From Armatimonadota bacterium (GTDB taxonomy: Bacteria; Armatimonadota; Fimbriimonadia; Fimbriimonadales; Fimbriimonadaceae), in assembly GCA_031400935.1 (NCBI GenBank), contig JANNQV010000020.1:62001-114450 (forward strand): DNA of 52,450 bases. The letters are read 5' to 3'. Made by a program: the position numbers and the translations under genes. Positions 37,479 through 47,650 of the stretch are shown one piece after another. Position 1 is the first letter of the stretch; every line of letters begins with the position of its first letter. The notes under the pieces are model-generated. The model searched no databases, was not told the DNA's origin, and saw nothing but the letters and a program-made list of their open reading frames with translations.

Positions 37479-38912
37479 TTATGCCGTCGGCGGATTTTCT
37501 GAAGATCCGATCGCTGGCGATTCGGCTTCCGTGCCTGTGTCAACGGCAGGTCGTTTGGAAGCTTGCAAGCCTTTGCTACCGTTTCGCGGCCACTGACCGT
37601 AAATGTCGGTGTCGCCCTTTGGCATAACGATTAAAGCTGCCACGATAAACCCGATAGCAAATCCAATCAGCGTGAACAATCGCACGTCTGGAAAAGATGG
37701 CATTGATGGTTCAAGCGCGGACGCAACAATCTTGGCTGGGTTCTTTCTTCCTGAACCCGAGCTGTCAATAACCTGCCTTCTTTGTTCCAACTGAACAAAA
37801 CTGTTTTCAAGTACTAGCCTTTGTCGCATTAAGTCATTGATTTTTCGTTCTACTTCAGGCAACGCGCCCACCTTAGTCTTTAGCGCATCTAGCTGTCTTC
37901 TCGCTTCGGTTGCTTGATTCTCAAAATTAGCCAATCGGGCCCTTCCAGATGCAACGCTCAATTGTGCCTGTTGCCAGTTGGGGTTTAACGACCGACTGTT
38001 TTGCGAATCAATCATCTTTTTGATACTGCTGATATTCTTATTGACTGACTTCAGCCTTTCTTGTGTCTCCTTCACCGGATCAGCACCATCTAAATACCTC
38101 TCTCGTAACGCCGCCAACTCTCCTTCAATTCGAGTCTTTGTAGACTCTAGCTCGATCAAAGTTGGGTTGATTTGCACGGTCGAATTCGTGGCAACCTCCT
38201 TCTCCATGCCGGCAAATGAGGCTTCTGCAACTGCTAACTCAGCCCTAGAAGCGTTCACCAGACCTTCAAGTTCGGACAACTTATTTTCATGTGTGACAAC
38301 AGATTGAGAAGCATACGTATTTGCAGCAGTTTGATCAGCAATTTGCGCTTGTTCCTTTATAGTTTTGATGTCCATGTCAACTTTGTCGAGATTTGTTTTC
38401 AAAGTTGTCAATTGCTTTGTGATGGCTGCAAGTGCTGCATTCCCTGATTCCGACGACATCTTTCCCGTAAAGTTGAGATATGAATACCCGATGTTGTTTG
38501 CCGTTTCCGCTGCGACTTTTGGATCGGACATCGTAACTTTTAACGTAATCACGTCTGAAATTGGGCTTGCTTCTACCGCCAGGCGTCGAGCAAGCATTTC
38601 AAAGTTTTCATTTGCCTTAGTGCCTTCAAACGCCTGCGGGAATTTTGCCGCTGTCAGTTCAATTGCCCCAATCAAAACGTCAGATCCCGTTAGAATCTGC
38701 ACAACGGTATCGGAAGAACGAGGTCCGCTGGCGCCAGTTATGTCGTCAATAGCCTGGAATGGCGAACCGTTCATATCGTAGCTCTTGGTCTTGTTTTCGA
38801 CCAAGATTTTCATCGAAGCTGTAAAACGCTTCTCCATGAATTGTGAGCCAACCGCACCGGCGATTGGGAATACAATGAGCACGATAAGTGCGAGCCACCA
38901 TTTGCCTCTCAT
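37479..38912 (-). CDS. Polysaccharide co-polymerase (GumC/Wzc N-terminal-like, no kinase domain)
   Basis: N-terminal TM, long coiled coil, LPEVE..L.R, A.EP..PSFP then second TM; no Walker A. Confidence 0.82.
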   Translation of the reverse strand: MRGKWWLALIVLIVFPIAGAVGSQFMEKRFTASMKILVENKTKSYDMNGSPFQAIDDITGASGPRSSDTVVQILTGSDVLIGAIELTAAKFPQAFEGTKANENFEMLARRLAVEASPISDVITLKVTMSDPKVAAETANNIGYSYLNFTGKMSSESGNAALAAITKQLTTLKTNLDKVDMDIKTIKEQAQIADQTAANTYASQSVVTHENKLSELEGLVNASRAELAVAEASFAGMEKEVATNSTVQINPTLIELESTKTRIEGELAALRERYLDGADPVKETQERLKSVNKNISSIKKMIDSQNSRSLNPNWQQAQLSVASGRARLANFENQATEARRQLDALKTKVGALPEVERKINDLMRQRLVLENSFVQLEQRRQVIDSSGSGRKNPAKIVASALEPSMPSFPDVRLFTLIGFAIGFIVAALIVMPKGDTDIYGQWPRNGSKGLQASKRPAVDTGTEAESPAIGSSENPPTA

Positions 38913-38964
38913 AATTGAACTATACCTCTGGTTCTATTGAATCAATGAAACTTTTCTCGATTTC

Positions 38965-39633
38965 CTAGAGCAAACCCTTCGAAGTTTTTTGGGATTCTGT
39001 CAAAAAAGTATCAATAAATTTCGTCAATTGCTGTTTCGTTGAACCCGCATGCAGCGGGATGAACCGATAAAACACACCTTCCGTGTCTTGAAACTTTGTT
39101 AGTTGGTGCATAAACATTTGCCATTTCAATTCGGTATTTTTTGCGACGAACCCATTTGGCCCTTTGTAAAAGAACGCCGCGAACGACTTTTCTGATCCAC
39201 GAACCATCGTCGTTAATGTTATCGGCACTTTTCCGTAAGCTTTCGAGTCCACCACGACCACTTCTTGCTGATCCAAATTATAACCCTGAGACGTAAAGCA
39301 AACCCGAGGATCATGAAAACTGTCCTTCTTCGCACTCATAATGACGACGGTATCGTAGTTTTCGTACCCATTCGCAAAAACTCTTGCAACAATGCCATAA
39401 GGCACTAGTGTTTCGTAGGTCTCCTTGGTCATTCGGTACGTAATTTCCGGGCCATCCTTCAGAACGGCCATCTGAAATTTGGGGATCGTCTTCGGTGAAT
39501 TCCTTTCTAGCCACTTTTCGTCTGGCACCTGGCCGTCATGCTTGATAACTGTTTGTGGTTTGGCATGGAATAGAATTCCAAGACCAAAAAACAGCGCACC
39601 TAAAACAAATATTCTCGTTCTTAATCCTTCCAT
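38965..39633 (-). CDS. Exosortase-associated EpsI-like protein
   Basis: N-terminal TM; FHDPRVCFTSQGY motif; overlaps the exosortase stop; start set to ATG 39633. Confidence 0.78.
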   Translation of the reverse strand: MEGLRTRIFVLGALFFGLGILFHAKPQTVIKHDGQVPDEKWLERNSPKTIPKFQMAVLKDGPEITYRMTKETYETLVPYGIVARVFANGYENYDTVVIMSAKKDSFHDPRVCFTSQGYNLDQQEVVVVDSKAYGKVPITLTTMVRGSEKSFAAFFYKGPNGFVAKNTELKWQMFMHQLTKFQDTEGVFYRFIPLHAGSTKQQLTKFIDTFLTESQKTSKGLL

Positions 39634-40538
39634 CCAAGACCTCGCGCAACTCGAAATAGTATAAAGAAACATAAAAGCAGCGTGACATAACCGCTGTAGT
39701 CGTGAAAGCTCATTCCTGCGTCGTGCCCCCACGTATTGCCGACCACGCCAATCAGGGCGATTCGCAGGCCGTTGATGAAAAGTGCCAATGGCACCCACAT
39801 CATAACCATCACGACATTTGCCCATAGTCTAAGGTTGGCAACCAGCATAAAGAACATTGAAAATGCGCCAAGGGCGAGCATCAGTTTCAGTCCAGAACAA
39901 GGAACAGCGATATTGAGGACAAATCGGTCCAAATTAATTGTGCTCGCGTCATCTTGATATGGGCTGAAACCCATCAGGTTCAACAGGTGGAATGCCACTT
40001 TTGTCGATTGGACTTGAAGCGGGTTCGTCCAAATTTCGATGACTGATTGGAACAGCGGCAAAGCGAAACCGAGGTAAGCGATCGGCCAAAACAAGGCTTT
40101 GAGCCATTGAAACCCTGCAACAAAAAGAGTCGAGACAAATAACGTTATCAGCATGGTAATGGCCGAAATCGTGTAGTTGCTCGTTCGTGCCGAAGCATAC
40201 GCTATCGGTATCAATACAACGAAGAATATCGCAGCCCACCAATGGGGCTGAACGGCCCGGCCATTGAACTTGTCCCAATTCTTGAAAACGATATAGCAAC
40301 TGATTGGTAGAACAAGGAATCCGTGCGAATAGTAGCCGTCTTCGCTCATCCACATGTCTGGCAAAAACTTCATCATTGACCAGAACATGGCAATGAATCC
40401 GAGGGCAGTAACTAGACCTGGCCAAAAGGCTGGAGATGCGTAAACAGCGTTAAAGTCAACGCCCAACAATCCGGCTTTCCCCGAATTTTCAGGTTCGGCT
40501 ATTGGCCCTACGGTTGGAATCTCGACTCCCTCAGACAT
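39621..40538 (-). CDS. Exosortase/archaeosortase family protein
   Basis: YYSHGFLV; Cys-Arg-His triad in PCSGLK, NGLRI, FHDYSG; multiple TM helices. Confidence 0.93.
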   Translation of the reverse strand: MSEGVEIPTVGPIAEPENSGKAGLLGVDFNAVYASPAFWPGLVTALGFIAMFWSMMKFLPDMWMSEDGYYSHGFLVLPISCYIVFKNWDKFNGRAVQPHWWAAIFFVVLIPIAYASARTSNYTISAITMLITLFVSTLFVAGFQWLKALFWPIAYLGFALPLFQSVIEIWTNPLQVQSTKVAFHLLNLMGFSPYQDDASTINLDRFVLNIAVPCSGLKLMLALGAFSMFFMLVANLRLWANVVMVMMWVPLALFINGLRIALIGVVGNTWGHDAGMSFHDYSGYVTLLLCFFILFRVARGLGWKD

Positions 40539-40600
40539 TTCTCTTGCACTCTCCCTTTGAATACTTACGTATTATGATCAATACGAAAACCCACTTCAAT

Positions 40601-42196
40601 CTAAAGTTCCGACCAAAGACTTTTTGGACCGGACCTGTTGATATATCTAAACGGCTTTTTCTCAAGAATCGTGCCAATGAGCATCAAATGCACAAATGGC
40701 CCCGCAATCATGGCTGTTATCAGTTGATAGATCATAGGAATAGGCAAAAGTCTAATTCCCACCATGACGGCGGACGACGACGCCAAAATACAAATGGCAA
40801 GCCAGAGCCGATGCCTCTCTGGCTTTGCGGGTGGGCAAGTTCGAATACCAATTGCCAAAATAGTCCCATAAACTACAACCGCACCAATGACAAATGACCA
40901 AACAATTGGCATCAGAAGCGCTGGATTCGGATAGTTTCCGCTACGAATCAACTCGTATGGCACCCATGTGGTCGAGCTGATTGGCAGCAGCAGGTCGTCT
41001 GTGGGATTAGCAACTGGGAGTTTCACCACATAGAAGATCAAGACGGTCGTAACTACGGCAGCAAGAATCCATGCGTAAAGAGTTTGAAAGTGTTTACCGG
41101 CGGGGATCAACACATGTCCTGAGATATTGCCAAACACTCTACACCCGATATACAGGCTCATTGCTTGCAGCACAGGAATGCTTTCTCTGAACTCGTCTTT
41201 CCACAAAAGAACAAGAATTGGTTCGGCATACAATGCCAAAAACGCATAGATCGGCAAGACAAGCATGATTGCTACCACAATCGAACGGGCATACACTCTA
41301 GCGAGCCTAGTCAAGTCAACCGTTGATTGCGAAAACGCCACCATCAAAGTTCGCGTCAATGGGAAAATGAACAAATCCATCGGCTTGTAAGCTAAGTTGG
41401 TTGCGACTCCAAAAAGACCATTTGAACCTGTGCCTGCAAATTGATTGATGACAGTATGATCCGCAAACAGAAACAGGTTATTGATTCCGTTCGCCGCCAA
41501 AACTGCTAGAGACTTTTGGCCAACCAGTCTGAATGCCTCAATCGTAAAAGAAACCGAACGGATAGGATATCTAATCCAATTTACAACTAGACCGTAAACT
41601 GCCACAAAAACAAAGTTGAGCAAAAGGGCGATAAAACCCGCACCGGAATAGACCAAAACGATGGCAATTGCCAAACCGATCCCTCCGCCAATCACATCTA
41701 AAAGGCCACTGAGTTTAATATGACCGTCCTTCAACATCTTTGCGCGGGAAATTGTGCTTAAGCCGTTGATCACCATAACACCGGCAACCATCTTTAGAGC
41801 CCAAACGAGCTCGGGAATCTTGAAGAATGTTGCGAACGCCCCACTAAAGTAGAAAAGCAGGGCCGCAGGAACCAAGCCGGAAAGAATCGCAACTCCAAAA
41901 TATGCCCCTTCTCTTCTGAGTTCCATGTGAGGTTCGGCTAAGTATGTTTGAGTTAGACCTGCGTCCCGAATCACCTCGCTGAAATTGACAATTGTCAAGA
42001 TCAGCATGAAAATTCCAACCTGTTCCTTGCCTAGGACTCCAGTAATATAAATGCCAGCAAATGGAAAGATGAGCTTAGCGATAACGGCATAAACCATCGT
42101 CCAGGCAACAGCCTTTGATGCTGAACGCTTATCGAGGGTAATCCGAGGCGTGCCAGATTCAGCTCCAGTTGGCTCTTCGAGTTCGTTGTTACTCAT
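40601..42196 (-). CDS. Wzx-type oligosaccharide flippase
   Basis: Polytopic membrane protein; DAGL, FFKIPEL, ADHTVI..G.FGVA, AEPILVLLW MOP-family pattern. Confidence 0.85.
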   Translation of the reverse strand: MSNNELEEPTGAESGTPRITLDKRSASKAVAWTMVYAVIAKLIFPFAGIYITGVLGKEQVGIFMLILTIVNFSEVIRDAGLTQTYLAEPHMELRREGAYFGVAILSGLVPAALLFYFSGAFATFFKIPELVWALKMVAGVMVINGLSTISRAKMLKDGHIKLSGLLDVIGGGIGLAIAIVLVYSGAGFIALLLNFVFVAVYGLVVNWIRYPIRSVSFTIEAFRLVGQKSLAVLAANGINNLFLFADHTVINQFAGTGSNGLFGVATNLAYKPMDLFIFPLTRTLMVAFSQSTVDLTRLARVYARSIVVAIMLVLPIYAFLALYAEPILVLLWKDEFRESIPVLQAMSLYIGCRVFGNISGHVLIPAGKHFQTLYAWILAAVVTTVLIFYVVKLPVANPTDDLLLPISSTTWVPYELIRSGNYPNPALLMPIVWSFVIGAVVVYGTILAIGIRTCPPAKPERHRLWLAICILASSSAVMVGIRLLPIPMIYQLITAMIAGPFVHLMLIGTILEKKPFRYINRSGPKSLWSEL

Positions 42197-42274
42197 TTGG
42201 AATTATCAATTGGAGAGACGAACTGAGAACTCGAAATTCCCCTTCCTCAAAGCCCAACTCCCCCACCTGTAAGG

Positions 42275-42802
42275 TTAACTGGAGGTGTCAATCGCTCTCC
42301 CGGCAACTTCTCTAACAAATTCGAGCAAATCTCCGCCTAAATATATTTCAGCATGAATCCCTGCCCTTGCTGCGGCTTCAATGTCTCGAATTTTGTCGCC
42401 AATAGAAAAACTTCGGGATTTGTCAATGGAAAAGTCATTTATGGCTTCAAGGAGCAAACCTGGTTTGGGTTTGCGGCATTCGCAACCCATTACATACGGA
42501 GCTTGTCCTTCGGTCGGATGATGTGGGCAAACATACCAAGCGTCAAATTTCGCTCCATGCTTCGCGAGGTCAGTTTGAGTCCATTGCATCAATGCTTCAA
42601 ATTCCTCTAACGTAAAAAGTCCCCTGGCAATTCCCGATTGATTGGTAACCACGATCACCAGAAATCCATTTTCATTGAGCCAACGAACAGCCTCAATTGC
42701 ACCTGAAACCCATTCAAAGCGATCTCTTGTCGCCACATAACCGTGGTCAATATTTAGAACGCCGTCACGATCCAAAAATGCTGCTGGTCGCGGTTCGCTC
42801 AC
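42275..42802 (-). CDS. gmhB: D-glycero-D-manno-heptose 1,7-bisphosphate phosphatase
   Basis: FLDRDGVLN, VTNQSGIARG, CPHHP..CECRKPKPG, IGDKIRD. Confidence 0.92.
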   Translation of the reverse strand: MSEPRPAAFLDRDGVLNIDHGYVATRDRFEWVSGAIEAVRWLNENGFLVIVVTNQSGIARGLFTLEEFEALMQWTQTDLAKHGAKFDAWYVCPHHPTEGQAPYVMGCECRKPKPGLLLEAINDFSIDKSRSFSIGDKIRDIEAAARAGIHAEIYLGGDLLEFVREVAGRAIDTSS

Positions 42803-43371
42803 GCGAGTTCAGCCTCTATCATCTCGCAAAGAATATGGATGACTAGCTCGTGGACTTCTTGAATTCTCGGAGTTGATTCACTTGGAACAACGATACAAAT
42901 GTTTGAAATTTCCTTCAGATGACCGCCATTTCCACCAGTGAGGGCTATTACGCTTATTGCCTTTGAACGTGCCTCTTGAGCCGCTCGAACCACATTCTTG
43001 GAGTTTCCGCTTGTCGAAATGGCGAGAAGAATATCTCCTGGTTGCCCCAAAGCTTGAACTTGTCGGGCGAATGTCTCTTCAAAGCCGTAATCGTTACCGA
43101 TAGCAGTCATTGTCGAGGGATCTGTCGAAAGCGCAATGGCTCCAAAAGGCTGGCTGTTTGTTATAAATCTGCCAACCAATTCACAAGCAAAGTGCTGCGC
43201 ATCTGCCGCCGAGCCGCCATTTCCGCAGGCTAGAATTTTTCCGTTTTGACGCAGGCTGTCCACCATTGCTGAAGCGGCAAGCACGATTTGAGGGCTTAAT
43301 CGCATTGAAGCCGCAATCACCTCGCTATGGACTTGAAAAATGGACTCGACATGCGATTGTGAAAGCGACAT
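42799..43371 (-). CDS. gmhA: Phosphoheptose (sedoheptulose-7-phosphate) isomerase
   Basis: CGNGGSAADAQHFACEL, NDYGF, ISTSGNS, RIQEVH. Confidence 0.95.
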   Translation of the reverse strand: MSLSQSHVESIFQVHSEVIAASMRLSPQIVLAASAMVDSLRQNGKILACGNGGSAADAQHFACELVGRFITNSQPFGAIALSTDPSTMTAIGNDYGFEETFARQVQALGQPGDILLAISTSGNSKNVVRAAQEARSKAISVIALTGGNGGHLKEISNICIVVPSESTPRIQEVHELVIHILCEMIEAELA

Positions 43372-43374
43372 AAA

Positions 43375-44517
43375 CTATTTTGCCGCCATTTTGACAATCG
43401 CGTCCAGCGTTTGCCGTGCTGTAGTTTGCCAATCGAACTGCTTTGCGAACTCTTTTCCCTTTTCCACTAAAGCATCGCGCTGTGCGCTTCTTCTCAGTCC
43501 TTCCTTCAATGCACCTTCCATAAGATCATGGCTGTGCGGATTGAAAAGAACTGCATCCGGCCCAGCAACTTCGGGGAGTGCACCAGCATCTGAGCAAACT
43601 AGCGGAGCACCAAAGTGAAGCGCTTCTAAAGCAGGAATTCCAAATCCTTCAATTGTGGAAGGGAATACAAAAAACTCGCAGCGGGCAAACAGTTTTGGCA
43701 CATCCTCATCTGCAACATAGCCCAAAAACGTCACACGGTCTTCCATAGACAATTTACGAAGCTTTTGGAAGATTCCGCTTTCTTTCCATCCCTTCGCGCC
43801 CGCAATTGCCAGCCCAAAATCTGGTTCAAGTCCCTTAGATATTTGTGCGAAAGATTCTATCAATCGCGGAAGATTTTTTCTTGGCTCAAGGGTTCCGATG
43901 GTGAAGAGAAATTTCTTAAACGGTACGCCAATGCGTTTGAGTTCAACATCAGAAACACTACCGGGTTCAACCGCTTCCTGGATATTTCCCAATCCCAAGT
44001 AGATCACTTTCACCTTTGAATCGGGACACTTGTAAATTCTTAGGATTTCCTGTTTCGTATGTTGGCTGTTAGCGAGCAACAATTGGCATTTATTGATCGC
44101 CCAACCGTTCACCATCGCAGTCACCTTCGCCATTTTCTTGGTAAAAAATTCGGGATGCGTAACCGGAAACAAGTCGTGAACCACCAAGGCTTTAGGGCAT
44201 TTGCAGTACATCGGAACAGCATGAGCGGTTGAAAGATAGGCTTGTGGCTTGTACTTTCGCACCTGAAGGGAACCACCGATAATCTCCGAAATTGTCAAAC
44301 TCTTTCTTCGGGGACCACGTGGCCCAACGAATTTGAACCTTGGATCCGACTTCCAATGTCCAGGCGGTTCAACGCCTTTCCGAAGAAAAACGATATATTC
44401 GTGCTTGTCTGGCAATTGGTGGAGAGCTTCGATCAAGCCATAGCAATATCGCGAAATTCCGGCGTTTGAAGATCCGGATTCCGTTGAGAGATTAAGTGCA
44501 CTAATCGCGATTCGCAT
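43375..44517 (-). CDS. Glycosyltransferase family 4
   Basis: GISRY, VHDL, GTLEPRKN, FVFPSTIEGFGIPALEA; start set to ATG 44517. Confidence 0.92.
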   Translation of the reverse strand: MRIAISALNLSTESGSSNAGISRYCYGLIEALHQLPDKHEYIVFLRKGVEPPGHWKSDPRFKFVGPRGPRRKSLTISEIIGGSLQVRKYKPQAYLSTAHAVPMYCKCPKALVVHDLFPVTHPEFFTKKMAKVTAMVNGWAINKCQLLLANSQHTKQEILRIYKCPDSKVKVIYLGLGNIQEAVEPGSVSDVELKRIGVPFKKFLFTIGTLEPRKNLPRLIESFAQISKGLEPDFGLAIAGAKGWKESGIFQKLRKLSMEDRVTFLGYVADEDVPKLFARCEFFVFPSTIEGFGIPALEALHFGAPLVCSDAGALPEVAGPDAVLFNPHSHDLMEGALKEGLRRSAQRDALVEKGKEFAKQFDWQTTARQTLDAIVKMAAK

Positions 44518-44563
44518 GAACATCGAATTATGGCACCCTCGAATCATGGTAAAACCGAACCCG

Positions 44564-45586
44564 ATGCACCTACTAGTTACCGGAGCCGCCGGATTTATCG
44601 CTTCGAACTTTGTTCGCCTTGTATTATCGCGTCATCCAGACTGGGAGATTACGGTTCTAGATGCTCTAACATACGCTGGAAATCTCACAACGATGAATGA
44701 TTTTCTGGAGGGAATTGAGTTTTATCATGGCAAAATCCAAGATGCAGCTTTAGTTGATCAAATACTGCGAGAGCGGAAGATCACCCATATTGTCAATTTT
44801 GCTGCGGAAAGCCACAACGACCGTTCACTCCTAGAGGCAGGAAGCTTCATTCAAACAGATGTTCTTGGCACCTACGTGCTCCTAGAGGCAACGCGAAATC
44901 ACAAGTTGGAACGAATGGTCCACGTGAGCACCGACGAGGTGTACGGCACCATTGACGAAGGCGAGTTTACAGAAGAGAGCCCGATAAGGCCAAACACACC
45001 GTATTCTGCCAGCAAAGCGGGTGGCGATATGCAAGTTCGTGCCCACCGAAAAGCCTTTGGAACACCAGCACTCATCACTCGCGGCGGAAATACCTACGGT
45101 CCGTACCAGTTTCCGGAAAAGCTCATTCCTTTCTTTGTCACGCGGTTGCTTGACGGAAAGAAAGTTCCCGTTTATGGAAAAGGCGACCAGGTTCGGGAGT
45201 GGATTCACGCCATGGATCACTCATCCGGAATTCTTTGCGTCCTCGAAAATGGCACCGATGGCGAGATTTACAACATCGGTGATGTAAACGAGCGTAGGAA
45301 TTTCGAGATTGTAAAAATTCTTTTGGAAGAGACAGGGCGCGATGACTCGCAAGTAAAAACGATCCCTGACCCTCGCGGTGGTGCTCACGATAAACGCTAT
45401 AGCATGGCGACAAGCAAGATCCGTTCATTAGGCTGGGCACCCTCTCATCCATTTGAGGAGTATCTTCGAGGGACGATTCGTTGGTACATCGCCAACGAAG
45501 CTTGGTGGCGTCCTCTGATTTCAACGGACGATTTTCAGGCGTTTGTTGCTACGTTTTATGGGCCAGGACTAGGGGAAGACCTTTGA
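44564..45586 (+). CDS. rfbB: dTDP-glucose 4,6-dehydratase
   Basis: GAAGFIASN, DALTYAGN, FAAESHNDRS, HVSTDEVYG, PYSASKA, YGPYQFPEKLIP; start ATG 44564. Confidence 0.94.
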   Translation: MHLLVTGAAGFIASNFVRLVLSRHPDWEITVLDALTYAGNLTTMNDFLEGIEFYHGKIQDAALVDQILRERKITHIVNFAAESHNDRSLLEAGSFIQTDVLGTYVLLEATRNHKLERMVHVSTDEVYGTIDEGEFTEESPIRPNTPYSASKAGGDMQVRAHRKAFGTPALITRGGNTYGPYQFPEKLIPFFVTRLLDGKKVPVYGKGDQVREWIHAMDHSSGILCVLENGTDGEIYNIGDVNERRNFEIVKILLEETGRDDSQVKTIPDPRGGAHDKRYSMATSKIRSLGWAPSHPFEEYLRGTIRWYIANEAWWRPLISTDDFQAFVATFYGPGLGEDL

Positions 45587-45614
45587 AAAAACGGCCAGAT
45601 TGTTCCTAGCAGGT

Positions 45615-47447
45615 TCATTCCACAGTCACGCTTTTCGCTAAGTTCCGCGGCATGTCAATCTCGCAACCGCGCAGGCGTGCCGTATGATACGAGAGCATTT
45701 GAAGCGGAATAACGCTTAGTAGGGCATTCAAAAACTCGAAGCCTGTCTGCGGAACCTTAATTGTGAACTTGGCAGATCGTTCAACTAAGTCGTCATCTTC
45801 TGTCGTAATAGCAATTACAGTTCCGCCCCTAGCCTCAATTTCCTTCATATTTGAAATCGTCTTTTCTCGAAGCACCATGTCTGTTGCTCCAAAAATCGCC
45901 ACTACACCGGGCTCAACCAATGCCAACGGTCCATGCTTCATCTCGCCAGCCGGAGATTCCTGAGTTGGAATGTAGGCAAGCTCCTTCATCTTCAAAGCAG
46001 CCTCAACTGCCGCATAATTGTCCGCTCCACGACCTAAGAAGAAAATGAGCGGCGCATTTTGGATGAAAGCGGCAAGCTCAGCCGTTTGCCCATCGAGCTC
46101 TAAGCATTTTTGGGCGAATTCCGGCATTTGCCGTAAAGCTTTGATGCATTGAGGAATCCGTACTCCGGGCGTTTCTCGAACCTGCGCAACATACAGTACA
46201 AGCTGAGTCAGAACCATAACCTGCGCTATATATGCCTTCGTACTTGCTACAGAAATTTCTGGCCCGGCTTGCGTAAAAATCGTCCGGTCGCATTCCCTAG
46301 CGATGCTGCTGCCAACCACGTTTACGACTCCCAAAGTACGAATTCGACGTTCCTTGCAAACTTTCAACGCTGCCAAAGAGTCCATTGTTTCGCCAGATTG
46401 GCTGATAAATATCGCCAATGAACGGGGCGACAGTACAGGATCGCCGTAGCGAAATTCGCTGGAATAAAAAACATCTGTCGGAAGCCTAAGCAGCTTCTCG
46501 AACATATACTTCCCCATCAGCCCAGCATGATAGGCCGTTCCACATCCGATGATGTTGATCCGATCAATTTCATGCCAAACATGGTTCGAAAAAATGTTTT
46601 CGAAGAGGATGTTTCCTTTTTCGTCGAGCCGCCCCGCGAGGGAATTCCGAATGACTTCAGGCTGCTCATAAGTCTCTTTCAGAAAAAAGTGCTCAAATCC
46701 GCCCTTTTCTGCCGCGGCAATGTCCCAGTCAATGTGCTCGATCACAAGAGGCACATCATTGCCATCTAGATCCATTATCCGAACACCTGAAGGCTCCAAA
46801 ACAGCGATTCGGTCGTCTTCCAATATCGCGATGTTTCGGGTGTAGGGAAGCAGTGCCGGAATGTCGCTAGCAAGCATGTTCTCGCCCTCTCCCAAACCAA
46901 GAACGATCGGGCTTGACTTTCTAGCGGTGACGACCGTGTTCGGCTCAGATTTGCTGATCACAACCAGAGCGTAGGCTCCTCGAAACCGCTTAGCAGCTCG
47001 CCGAACCGCTTCCGGCAGATTCCCGTCGCGGTCGTACTCTTGCCCAATCACATGCGCAGCGATTTCAGTATCGGTTTCTGATACGAAAGTGTGCCCTTCC
47101 AAAGCAAGCTCAGCTTTCAGTTCAAGGTAATTCTCAATGATTCCGTTGTGGATGATAGCTACGTTTTCAAATTGATCGTAATGCGGGTGAGCGTTGGCAT
47201 CCGTTGGCCCGCCGTGGGTCGCCCAGCGAGAATGCGCAATCGCAAGGTGAGATTCGACCTGGGTTTCATCTAGCAGCTTGCCTAGATTCGCCAATTTTCC
47301 GGCCCGTTTGAGGACATTGATGCTTCCGTTTCCATTCAGATATGCGATGCCTGCGCTGTCGTATCCACGATACTCAAGCCGCTTCAATTGATCGAAAACT
47401 ACGTCAACAGCCTGCCTCGGCCCAACATATCCTGCGATTCCGCACAT
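45615..47447 (-). CDS. glmS: Glutamine--fructose-6-phosphate transaminase (isomerizing)
   Basis: Starts MCGIAG (catalytic Cys1 fixes the start at 47447), LEYRGYDSAG, HSRWATHG, SQSGET, VASTK, PRNLAKSVTVE. Confidence 0.97.
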   Translation of the reverse strand: MCGIAGYVGPRQAVDVVFDQLKRLEYRGYDSAGIAYLNGNGSINVLKRAGKLANLGKLLDETQVESHLAIAHSRWATHGGPTDANAHPHYDQFENVAIIHNGIIENYLELKAELALEGHTFVSETDTEIAAHVIGQEYDRDGNLPEAVRRAAKRFRGAYALVVISKSEPNTVVTARKSSPIVLGLGEGENMLASDIPALLPYTRNIAILEDDRIAVLEPSGVRIMDLDGNDVPLVIEHIDWDIAAAEKGGFEHFFLKETYEQPEVIRNSLAGRLDEKGNILFENIFSNHVWHEIDRINIIGCGTAYHAGLMGKYMFEKLLRLPTDVFYSSEFRYGDPVLSPRSLAIFISQSGETMDSLAALKVCKERRIRTLGVVNVVGSSIARECDRTIFTQAGPEISVASTKAYIAQVMVLTQLVLYVAQVRETPGVRIPQCIKALRQMPEFAQKCLELDGQTAELAAFIQNAPLIFFLGRGADNYAAVEAALKMKELAYIPTQESPAGEMKHGPLALVEPGVVAIFGATDMVLREKTISNMKEIEARGGTVIAITTEDDDLVERSAKFTIKVPQTGFEFLNALLSVIPLQMLSYHTARLRGCEIDMPRNLAKSVTVE

Positions 47448-47572
47448 GAACCTATTGTGACATACCGGGTTTGAATTCAAAATTATAAAATCCGACTGAC
47501 AGCGAACCAATAATTTCTTTACGGTGTTTCCTTTGGAAGAATGCTGAGAACGGTATTCTCTGTAATCTCAAA

Positions 47573-47626
47573 GGAGCGCGGGCTCTCAGCCCGCACAAGG
47601 TCCGCGAGCACTTAGCTCGCACACAC
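47573..47626. repeat. REP-like hairpin doublet (GGAGC-tagged) between divergent glmS and ugd
   Basis: ggagc-gcgggct-ctc-agcccgc and gcgagc-actta-gctcgc. Confidence 0.55.
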
Positions 47627-47650
47627 AGGTTTTGAAAAGTTAGGATCAAA

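Noticed and set aside
47448..47650. glmS ribozyme
   Set aside because: No AGCGCC cleavage-site motif on the glmS strand; a -10 box sits 6 nt from the ATG; the hairpins present look REP-like
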